Of a DNA stretch of 64,000 nucleotides, positions 31,601 to 39,700 are shown piece by piece. The notes under the pieces are model-generated. The model searched no databases. It was not told the DNA's origin and saw only the letters and a program-made list of their open reading frames with translations. The position numbers and the translations under genes were made by a program. Each line of letters starts with the position of its first letter. The first letter of the stretch is position 1. The DNA comes from Clostridia bacterium (GTDB lineage Bacteria; Bacillota; Clostridia; Christensenellales; UBA1242): contig JAEDFV010000001.1 in the NCBI GenBank assembly GCA_016297845.1, positions 80-64,079 on the forward strand, written 5' to 3'.

Positions 31601-33769
31601 AGTTATTTCAAAATTGCCAGAGTTAAAGTTATTTGCAACTTTAATTGAATCGGTTATTGACGAATTTTCCTTTGAGTAGAAGTTGATTGCTGTGCATTTA
31701 TCGAAGGTCAAGCAACCAAGGTTTTGTCCAACAAGACCACCAGCAACCTTTGCATCAACATCTCCAAACGCATAAAGTTCGAACAAGTTTGCATTTGTTT
31801 TGCAAAGTCCGATTATTCCGCCTGCATAATCTGCTCCAGCAATTGAGACATCGACATTAGAGAATGACGTTGTCAAATTTCCACCAAGCATCTGACCAAC
31901 AATTCCACCGGCATATTTCAATGTTTCTCCAGTTGAATTGAAAAGTTTGGTGTTTCCACGGAACACTGATGCTGAAGAAGAGTAGTAACCTTTCAAGTTT
32001 TCTTCAATTGTCTTTTGGGTTTCATTATCATGTTCAATTCCAAGTTCAAAAAGGTCACCATAACTTACACCAACGATTCCACCTATTGTATTTTCATAGG
32101 AAATTAATCTTTGGTTCAAAGTTGATTCAGTTCCTGTCAATGTGAAAGATGCGTTTGCAAGATAAGTGCTCATTCCAACATATCCAACAACACCACCAAC
32201 GAAACTTCCTTGAACAGAAATGTTCTTTCCGAAATATTTAAGGTTAACAGCATTTGGTTTTGTTGAAACATTTTGGTTATCCATGATACTTTGATAGATG
32301 TCCAAAAGTCCAATAACTCCACCAGCAAATCCGTAGTCTTTGTTCTTGTCAACAAAGATTCCGCCTTCATTCTTAAAGTTATCTCTCAAAATACTTTGTG
32401 TGTAAGTGTCAATGTCTTTTTCTGCGTTTTTATTTCCTGAGATAACAGAAATGCTAGACGTCAAACTTGAAACTTTAGAATTTCCAGTCACAGCACCAAC
32501 AACACCGCCAACAATATTTTGTCCAGTTATTCTTGAACGATTTTGGTCATCTTCAGAAACAGCATATACACTTACGTTGCAGATTGCCGAGTTTTGTACA
32601 AGTCCGGCAACTGTTCCAACGTAAATTCCAGAAATGCCTGATGACACACTCTTAACTGTGATTGTTACATTTTTAAATACACCACCACTCGATATTTGAG
32701 AGAAAATTCCAACAGAGGATTGCGTGTCAAGAGCAATTTCTACATTTTTTATTGTCAATCCATTTCCATCGAAAGACCCACAATTATCTCCACTGTTAGC
32801 TAAAAGCATAATTGAAGAAGCAATTCTTATGTTTTCAACATATTTGAGTGTTGAGAAATCTATATCTGAAACAAGTCGATAGTTTCCGAAAACAATTCCA
32901 AGATTCTTATCATACATTTGGCTAATTGCATAGTAAGCACCTTTTGTTAGAGTTGTTTCTTGTCCAAAAACTCTGTTGAATTCATCTCCTGTTCGAATTA
33001 TGATTGGGTTGTTTGCGCTTCCATATTCATAACCATTTAGATATGGGAATATATCTAAACTTTCTATCGAACTATAATTCTTTATAATTCTTCTAACAGA
33101 AATTGCTTTTTGATTTGCTGAAACAAGTTCTGGGAACAAACCATTCCAAGACCAGATTCCGTCATAATCATTTTTGCTCGTCATAGCAAAAGTTTGGAAT
33201 GTTGTTTCATCAAACGTTGAAATCTGAACTGCTTGAGCTCCAGTTCCATACTTATCTTCCAAAATTGAACCAGTGTCAACATTTTTTACCAAATAATAGC
33301 AGTCAACAAGTCCATCTTCTGAAAGTTGCATTATTTCTTCACGTGCATTTTTGCCTGTGAATGGCATTTGGGTCGTAAGTTCACCAACAATTGTTGATGC
33401 ACTGTAACATCTTTCAAGTTTTCCATCTGCTTGATTGTTGTATACAAACCCTGATACAAGTCTGCCTGTGCTGTCTCCAGCAAGACGAATATTTGAATAA
33501 CAATCTGTTATTGTTCCATTGTTTTGATATGCGAATCCTGCAGACGTGCCTTGGCTTACAATACCACCACCAGTTATGTTAACGCTTAAGTCAGTGATTA
33601 ATTTTATGCCTTCACTATAAGAAGTTGTTATAAGTGCACCAAGATTGTTATATAACACAAAACCGCTTGTCGCATTGAGTGATGCAGATGTTGTCATATT
33701 TGTAAGTGTTGCACTAGCGAAATATGAAGCAGAAATTAAACCATTGTTTTTAACAACGAATCCCGCCAT
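25646..33769 (-). CDS. giant GLUG/beta-helix repeat protein (2707 aa), with no signal peptide; likely a continuation of the upstream 3634-aa ORF
   Basis: Same reading frame as ORF 33773-44677, separated only by TGA-GAT. The first residues (MAGFVVKNNGLISASY) already form a repeat unit. No SD and no signal peptide. Confidence 0.7.
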   Translation of the reverse strand: MAGFVVKNNGLISASYFASATLTNMTTSASLNATSGFVLYNNLGALITTSYSEGIKLITDLSVNITGGGIVSQGTSAGFAYQNNGTITDCYSNIRLAGDSTGRLVSGFVYNNQADGKLERCYSASTIVGELTTQMPFTGKNAREEIMQLSEDGLVDCYYLVKNVDTGSILEDKYGTGAQAVQISTFDETTFQTFAMTSKNDYDGIWSWNGLFPELVSANQKAISVRRIIKNYSSIESLDIFPYLNGYEYGSANNPIIIRTGDEFNRVFGQETTLTKGAYYAISQMYDKNLGIVFGNYRLVSDIDFSTLKYVENIRIASSIMLLANSGDNCGSFDGNGLTIKNVEIALDTQSSVGIFSQISSGGVFKNVTITVKSVSSGISGIYVGTVAGLVQNSAICNVSVYAVSEDDQNRSRITGQNIVGGVVGAVTGNSKVSSLTSSISVISGNKNAEKDIDTYTQSILRDNFKNEGGIFVDKNKDYGFAGGVIGLLDIYQSIMDNQNVSTKPNAVNLKYFGKNISVQGSFVGGVVGYVGMSTYLANASFTLTGTESTLNQRLISYENTIGGIVGVSYGDLFELGIEHDNETQKTIEENLKGYYSSSASVFRGNTKLFNSTGETLKYAGGIVGQMLGGNLTTSFSNVDVSIAGADYAGGIIGLCKTNANLFELYAFGDVDAKVAGGLVGQNLGCLTFDKCTAINFYSKENSSITDSIKVANNFNSGNFEITEYSGENNEKTYDYRDFTLKISATETLVLHIVSKEEVAKTGIPIVGYDSNDGIKGSTYEGKVGKFEVFGKTCYVTNYVKEGDVRTLLIREQLANGKDYVAQYYYLDETTEDGTTEVVVVMYEDEDGELYDPSGNKVTFNPLGKTYYIDTLTYKVAKIGIQIVGYDSNNDIEGSTYKGKVAKFEVFGKTCYMTNGSNRTLLTREQLANDENYVAQYYYPSGTSKVVVMKEGKDGKLYDLSKNAITFSTSGKTYYIDTSTYKVGDNEKVGDNEIATYEFNEENNKVQTINLKTLSALVGTNYEGEKEKGDYSILYYNQPGDKAVFANKTFKYSGYNFVLGEVDGNPPAEEEENKFADNLTFTMSDYKGFELDSPVINKMFLGSFWDPSAWELREDRILPTIYFGVTAKVLYIEKPTDILKLSRYYKRDNVVIFGDNPTTTFNPYTYEPGKSSTYGEFEASELAGLTVDGEKLIFNFSAIEGSLQNSYEGAYFSKFFGTMYGEKEGAIILTGMTRAFFDNIAGAKISKLTFDGKVDGVTESSNVATAVLANTMTAQSQISDITFQNITINSPQAKIGVVAGEIIGVVDFGNITISNCKITSTSDGEQITETTYSKGWNQSTGKNETTENYNSYLVVYAGIVAGRFDNNTNAIAEISLVKVDKCSVTTPNTPLDMVYVGGMFGETSGSINYSYNNVSETTITVQDITDSESEKQKEVYAGGYVGYAQGTTAIVSDKTGYGKAYDKNSSEIESLVSDTILTKVSIELGQSKTANVGLLFGRINTLSTKIDENWKVKVDGSIYQAENKTINLINLGGIAGQVSNVTQFNNVDVTLKGKKDGDEPLSLQLVASEVVDSEGNPLPSSVGGLFGLIVGSSKVENVQFGSDLKVTAEGNSQKIFVIYVGGIIGHLNSTNKSTISNSKYSGTIDLTIPESGKCYAGGIVGFMGPKASIKESKVSGDIKINAKLSASLYVGGIVGWIDAGSGEGYSVSTNYAWGNIEIGKKDNPSWSKLSALNVGGIVGYVGNIGDIEGSITGNYSLTSMYVFATANNSKICAIVGNTHSEDYVSDGNYYCHQINLATDAKGKNLYYSNILSELTGDDKPLNGEVGEEKGTKLKPHENPSLTAGLGEGYYVLTNDRTLGSINKPSAVELNGHLVGDGHTITASGEQSIFGTINGYISGVKIKFTSKQFNGTDSKGNVTSVENGVPSGVADKNKGIIFALSVEVSGYTGNDFKLLAAEFGTIQGTVVAGVVGTNTGKIADTGVVLNVKSAYAGFIGNNTGVIENCYSTGAVHSGAQYAFCNGDGSPSAPSKGIVYNSFTAIKQAESNSVANGQNIVSNFFYDSDAVENFSNSSSGTGEETSNSVCKIGDLSGTNQIPLSDSNGLVWIKNSGYNFGYPTFKAGDVAGLKAYKGFEYLDIKTKDDDGPFYLPHVGFLKLMSGKTINKGNNYAFMTDMSMTDWKTITTNSGIINGQGYHIYGLNAVQFANENKGTIKNLALVYAPSSIDSVIDSNSGTLSGIIVSGATCTDAGLVNSNSGTIKNCQNYNTVSGGANAGGIVFEMTAGTISGCRNFGSVTASAKGNAGGIVGKVPSSSTVSITNCANFGSITGSIWVGGIVGDYFGHKDGFVEEKMDCTMSGNVGKQAGYFEIEGIPFEVRVYQEGTNLSPVQGAIFVKGTELVRTNLYNEGNGYSYTKSNVDIDETNYRYSISCKFEYKGPGIYTITMSVYFCSRFDLKANQCYNSGTVTGSYTPENTTGQSFSNYWNTLIGIFPAKYNYDEAKRGLDYSLHDVSINVYTGAGLAYALYNHKDKTINLMSDVDLSKYVWKPVSGFTGTFNGNGHKIYFGSNQNLFADDSVLTTDSDAYVVGVSENVGGKKIIASFTGTYSSGSGTPSGGGDTVTYYKIDDGANVLVFTTSGHNVSKWNYNYYSNNYFSGVIGQVQALINGKEFVLEDTNIELYTLERTVVDANNQKVTISTKNDAKFKKLC
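30791..30826. repeat. perfect 18-nt x2 tandem repeat (encodes KVGDNE x2)
   Basis: ttcattatcgccaacctt occurs twice in direct succession (30791-30808 and 30809-30826). Confidence 0.9.
30821..31492. repeat. tandem intragenic duplication (copies of about 351 and 321 bp)
   Basis: Protein copies AKTGIPIVGYDSNDGIKGSTYEGKVGKFEVFGKTCY...GKTYYIDTLTYKV and AKIGIQIVGYDSNNDIEGSTYKGKVAKFEVFGKTCY...GKTYYIDTSTYKV. The plus-strand shadow ORFs at 30962 and 31301 are also near-identical to each other. Confidence 0.8.
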
Positions 33770-33772
33770 ATC

Positions 33773-33775
33773 TCA
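33773..33775 (-). other. single in-frame TGA separating the 3634-aa and 2707-aa ORFs
   Basis: The minus strand reads ...GTT GGT CAA TGA GAT ATG GCG GGA TTC.... Both ORFs share the same frame (33773 minus 25646 = 8127, which is 3 x 2709). Confidence 0.9.
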
Positions 33776-36700
33776 TTGACCAACAATAACAAATTCAACA
33801 AAATCAAGTGAGTTTGTGGTTGTTCCTTTTTCTGCATCATATGAAACTTTTGTGAAACTTCCTTTTCCACCAACACGACTGTTTGTTATGCTTGCGCCAG
33901 TATAATTTTCTACAACAAGTCCACCAATTATAACGTTTGTTGTATCAAGTTTGTGTTTAGTTTTTGTTGAGTCAAAATAAATTTTTATTCCGCCGTTCTT
34001 TATATCTCCGCCTTCAATGTCGAGCGAAACAACTTCACAGTTATAAATAACACCACTGTTATAAACCGCAATTCCACCGAAATTTACAGACTTAAAGATT
34101 GTTTCATCAACAATTATATCTTCGAGCAACCCATAGGAAACAGTTAAGTTTTTGAGTGTTGCATCTTCAGAGACATTAACAAAAAGTCCAAGATTTAGAA
34201 TATCTGTCGATTGTGACAAATTAAAACTTTTTATTGTGATAACTTTGTTATTTCCGTCAAGACTAGCAAAATTTGTCTTTTCAAAAGGAACAAAATTTTC
34301 CAACACAATGTCGTTCATCAAAATGTAATTTGTTGAAGCATATTGTTCTGATTCGCTTTGGAGATAAGTAACAAATTGTTCAGCAGTTTCAATTGGAGTT
34401 GGCTTGTCTTCATCTGAATACAATTGGACATTAATTGAGAAATTGTATGTTATGAAATTGTCTTGTTTTGTGTTTGGAAGTCTGTAGCCAATTCTAATTG
34501 TCATGTTAACGCTTCCAACAGATGTCCCAACAATTGTTAGTGTCGTCGCGTTTTCATTGTCATAGCGAATTGTGAAATATTTATTTGCTTGAGGTTCACC
34601 TGATTTTGAAATATAAGGTGTCATATCACTTGTATAATATAAATTATAAACTATATTTTTAGCATCAGATGTAAAGCCACCGCTTTCTTGTGCTTTAAAT
34701 TCCCTATCTGTGTTTAAAATATATTCATAACCTTGACTGTTACTAAACTTGTAAGCAACAGTTTTCAAAAACTCTTCTTTAGCATTATTAATTCTATTAA
34801 TAGATGACTCTTGTGAAGCAGAAATCATTTCAGGAGTTTCTGAAAGCTTGAAATTGAATTTCAAGTCTTTTTCTATCGCGGAAGGGGTGTCAAAAACATT
34901 ATCTTGTTCATCATTCCCTTCAATCGTTATCCCCTCAACAAGGAAATCCACAACTCGAATTTCAATGCTGTCTGTCGTTGATTCAAGTCTTCCATTAATA
35001 ATTTTTTGGACAATTGTTTGAATTTTGAAATATCCGTCGTCTTCAATTTCTGCATCAAGACCAACTGTCAACGTTCCGCTATAAATTTTCTTTCCGTTAT
35101 CTATTTCATATTCACTTGTATTGAAATATATAGATGCATAATCATAGGAAGATTCGCTTTTATCAAATTCAGAAAGGCCGAATGATGCAAGAGTTTGGTT
35201 CTCACCAACTGTAAGTTTCAATTCTGCAGTTGTTCCACGAGCGACAACCGCATCTTTTTCACCATTAATTGTGATGCTTGCAGGCTCAATAACTTCAGAA
35301 ATCAATGTTATTGTTTCAACTTTCGACAAGTATTCATTTCCGTCTTCATCAATTGCAAATATTTGGATTGTTATTGGGAAATATAGCCCTTCTTTAACTG
35401 AGTCCAAAATCTTTGTTCTAACATAAATGCTACCTGTTGAGTTGTTTGTGTTCTTAATCGTTAAGATATTAACATCGCGTTCACTGCTATAACCTGTTGT
35501 GGTTGAAGTTGAAAGGAAATAGTCCCCGCTCTTATACATTTGTTCCATAAGAACATAGTTTCCGTTAACAACACTGCTTGTTAAGACAATTTTTGAATAT
35601 GTTGCGTACGCTGGGAACAAATTAATTGACAAAATTCCACTGTCACCAGGAACTAAAATTGAACTTGGTTGGTCTTGAATTTTAATTCCACTTTCAGTTG
35701 ATGCATCATCTCTGTTATGATGTGTATATGTGACTGTAATAATTTCTTGAGGTTTGACGACAAGGTTAAATGATTTTTCAACATCACCATTGCTATCTGT
35801 CAAAACAATTTTGTATGTCTTAGTTTCGTTTACTAATTGACGTTGATTTTCCGCTATTGAAATCAAAAGTTTTGCCGAGATTTTTCCGTCATGAGCTGTT
35901 CCGTTTTTGATTGAAGCATTGAATAAGTCAGAATTATTTTCAACTTTTGTTTCTCCAAAATCTTCTGAAATCCAAACAATTTTTTCGTTTTCATCTATAA
36001 TTTTCATTATAAGTCTATCACTTGTTCTGTTTGAAACAAGTTCTGCGTCAACGCTCAAAACTGTTGAAGGATCAATTTCTGCCTTGTCAACAGAAAGTAA
36101 AATTCTTTCCGCGCGAACAGCGACCTTGAAATTAAATCCAAAATTAAATGCATCTTCAGAAACTGCTTGGAATCTTGCAATAAATAATTCGATAAATACT
36201 TGTTTTCTTTCATTAATTTGCTCAGAAGTCAAAGTTTTGAATTCTTCTTGATTCCTGATAAGTTCCTTTTTCCATTCGTTTTCTGCAAGTGAGTTAATGT
36301 AAGTTTTTTGATAGTCTATGTTAAAGTTAAAATGATAATCTTCGTCAGTCAAAACTCCATTGTTTGTTGAAACCGTAATCGTTCCAAAGGCAAATTTATT
36401 TGTTTCACTTCCAGCTGTAAGCCCCAACACTTCAAAAAGATTTACACTTTCGCCAGTCTTATAGGCAGAAACAACGTTTTCTTCTTCGTCAATGTAAGTA
36501 ATATCAATTTGTACTGCCAATGGATTTGTTTTCAACATAAACAAATTATGATTGAGAGAAACCACATTCTTGTTTGCAACAGTAAAGTAAGAAGGTCTGT
36601 CTTTGATAATTGTGACATCTTCTTTTCCATCTAAATTCTCGTTGGAATTTATTCCTTCATAAATTGAAATTGCTCCAACGGAATTAGTAACAAAAATTTT

Positions 36701-39700
36701 AATTGTTTTAGTAATATCAGAATCTTGGCTTGCCAACGACCTGAACAAAGGTTTTATGGTTATAGTTACATATCCAGTTCCGACTAATTGAAGTCTTCCG
36801 TTTACAATCTTAATAATATTGATATCGCTTGAATGGATTGAGAAATCTGCAATTGAACCTTCATATATTCCGTTTACATCATATATTCTCAAGAAATCCA
36901 CAAGTTCAACTGAATTTAATTTGTCAAGTTGTGCTTGAGCTTTAGTGTCCATTGCAAGGTCACTATAAGTTTCGTTGTAGAACATAATGTAATAGTCATC
37001 AGCAATGTAGGTGCCTTTTATAATTTTAGATTTATCAAGTTTGCTTTCTGGGTTAACTTCTATTTTATAATTTTCTACCCAAGTAGAAACTTTTGTTCCA
37101 CGAAGATAAGGCAAAATTCCATCTTCAAAGACCCAAACTGAATCGCTTTCAATCTCGTTTCCGCCAGCATCGTATAGATTTTCAATGTCCCAACCAACGT
37201 CTTTAAACCCTTGACAAGTTGATGGAATACCACTTGTTGAATAAAATGACTCAACCCCACCAAGAACTGAAGGCACCATGAATGCGCTGTCATGATAAAT
37301 TGGGCCAAGTGTCCTTAACAGGTCTAAAATCCAAACCTCTTGTTCATAATCTGTTCCCTTGATTTTCAATGTTGTAATTCCGCTTAAAATATCATCGTCT
37401 TCCATGAATTTGCTAAATAATTTAAGCATTTGATATTGTGCATTATAAATGGAATCAACATAGCCAAAGAAATTTTCAATGTTGCTCAAAGTAACGGTTG
37501 AAATGCTAGAAATTCCTTGAGCAGTGTCAATATAGTTTCCTGCTAGTTCGAGTATTGATTCTGCTTCTGATTTCCCGCTTTCACCAAAGGCTGTTTCATA
37601 AAGTGCCAACCACAAATCTTTTGTGCCGTAATCATATCCTAGTCCAGTGTCACCCGTCAAAGTTCCATTAAATTGACCTTTCAAGGTAGCCACATCGCCT
37701 TTCAAATCTGCAAGAGAATTGTTTATTTGTGGAATAATTATATTCTCAACAACATTGGTTATTGCCGTCTTTAAATCAGCATCTGTTTCATATGCGCCAG
37801 TGAGTCCAAATAATGAGCAATAAAGGTCTTTTATCATATCCTTGGTCATCTCGCCAGTTAAAATCTTGAAATCATCGAAGTAAGGATTATAGTAACTAAA
37901 TTTTTCCCAAACGCTTTCTTTCATGAAGTCATCAAAGTTATTATATAAACCAATTAAATATAACTTATAATACAATAAATTTAAGTCATTGATAGCCACA
38001 TGGTTAAGTGAAGAATCAAGAACTTTAACTGAAGTGTCGTATCCAGAGTAATAAACTACATCTGCAAAATCTTTATACTTTATAGTTTCTTCATCATAGA
38101 AATATCCATTGTAAGTATCGTTTTGAGATTCTGAATTCAAATCAAGTGAACCCATGCTACTGAATCTTATATTAGGGATATAATTGCTGTCGGTTGTGTT
38201 TCCAAAAGAATAGAAGTTTAAGTTCAAAAAATCACTATCAACGTTGACATCAAAGCACAGATTTAATTTTGAAACATCAGTTGATGAAGTTCTTTTGAAA
38301 GAATAGGTTTCAGTTCTCAATGACTCTGTTGTTTCTTCGCCAGTCTCTTGATTTATCTTTCTATATTTAATAACAAATTCCAAAGTCAAAGTTCCGTCAT
38401 TTGAAACTGTTCTTGTATATTCAACTACTTTGTATACGTCGTAAGTATTTTCATTTTCGCCAACTGTCTCATATATTTGATTCCAATAATTAACAATCGT
38501 TCTTGTAAAATTTGATTCTTCCGCTAAATTAATTGTTACTCCGCCTTCTGGATATACTCGAACAACTCCTAAACTATCTTCATAAGAAATAGAGTTGATA
38601 TACACTTCATTTCCTCGAAGCATAAATCTTTCTATGTTAAGATAGTAACTTGAAGTATCTTCGCTAGAATGTTTTGTCAACGACGTCGATAAAGTAAATT
38701 CATCACTTTGTTTATTAGTTGCCCCTTCGTTGTATGTTCTGCTTAAAGTTGCAACTTTATTTGGTCCTGTTACAAAAAGTATGTTTTTGCAATATAGTTC
38801 GTTATTTATTATACTTTCTGTATGGTAAGAACTATTGAAATTTGTTGCCCAAAGTGCGGCAGTAATGTCGTTAACCCAAACGGACACAAGCCCACTGGTG
38901 TCCAAAATTACATATGCAAGAACTGTGGACGACAATTCATTTTTGACGGCGATAGGAAATACAAAGGAACCATTGCTGGTGTAGAAACATCCATTATCAA
39001 GTGCCTCGTTCGTGGCTGCGGAATTCGCGATGTTAGCTCTGTGCTGGGCATAAGTATCGGCAAGGTCTTGAGCGTAGTTCATAAATTCCGTTTTAGAACT
39101 AAACCCAAACAAGTTTGCTATGACTGTTTGGAAATCGATGAGTTCTGGACTTACGTCGGATCCAAAAGCCATCGTGTATGGATGATTTACGCCTATCACC
39201 GCACTTCTGGTGAGATCGTTGCTCTCGTTCTTGGTAAACGAAACAAGCGAACTGTTGTAAAGCTCTATCGCCTTATTATAAAATTGGGTGTAACTATTAA
39301 GAGCATTGCTACTGATGGTTGGGATGTATTCCGTACCGTTTGTAGGGATTTCAAAATTGTTCATAAATGTGGCAAACAATTCACTAAGGGTATTGAAGGC
39401 AACAATTGTAGACTCAGATGCCGTCTTAGATGTGTGTTTAGAAAGACCTGTAATTTCTCCAAAATCCCCAGCAATCACGCCAAACGGATTGCAATCGTCA
39501 TAACTTACCTTAACTTGGGTGTTATTGTATCCTAAAATTTGCCTTTCATACAATTCGGAACACCACCCTTTATTTTGTAAATTCAATGTTGCTGTTCCGT
39601 AGTTGTATAAATCTTTGTAAGATTTTTGGCCTGCATCAATAATTTCCATTCCTTCAACATTGAAACATGAGAAAGCGGCAAAAGCATCTAAAAGTCCTGT

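Larger units (their letters stand above)
38763..39567 (+). mobile_element. IS1-family insertion sequence, 805 bp, single-ORF type
   Basis: Transposase ORF with IS1 InsA/InsB-like motifs. 21-nt imperfect terminal inverted repeats starting GGT. Perfect 8-bp flanking direct repeat. GC content is clearly above the flanks by hand count of 60-nt lines (37-57% inside vs 27-38% outside). Confidence 0.85.

Noticed and set aside
33773-33775. The in-frame TGA as selenocysteine or as a reassigned sense codon (code 4 or 25)
   Set aside because: - TGA terminates mutS at its expected C-terminus, with the mutL SD overlapping it, so the genome uses TGA as a stop.
- Downstream of the giant-ORF TGA I see only a weak 6-bp AU-rich hairpin, nothing resembling a bacterial SECIS.
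39306-39503. 65-aa + strand ORF nested in another frame of the transposase gene
   Set aside because: It is short, has no signals, and is not required to explain IS1-type coding. This element has a single fused ORF and no A6C frameshift site.
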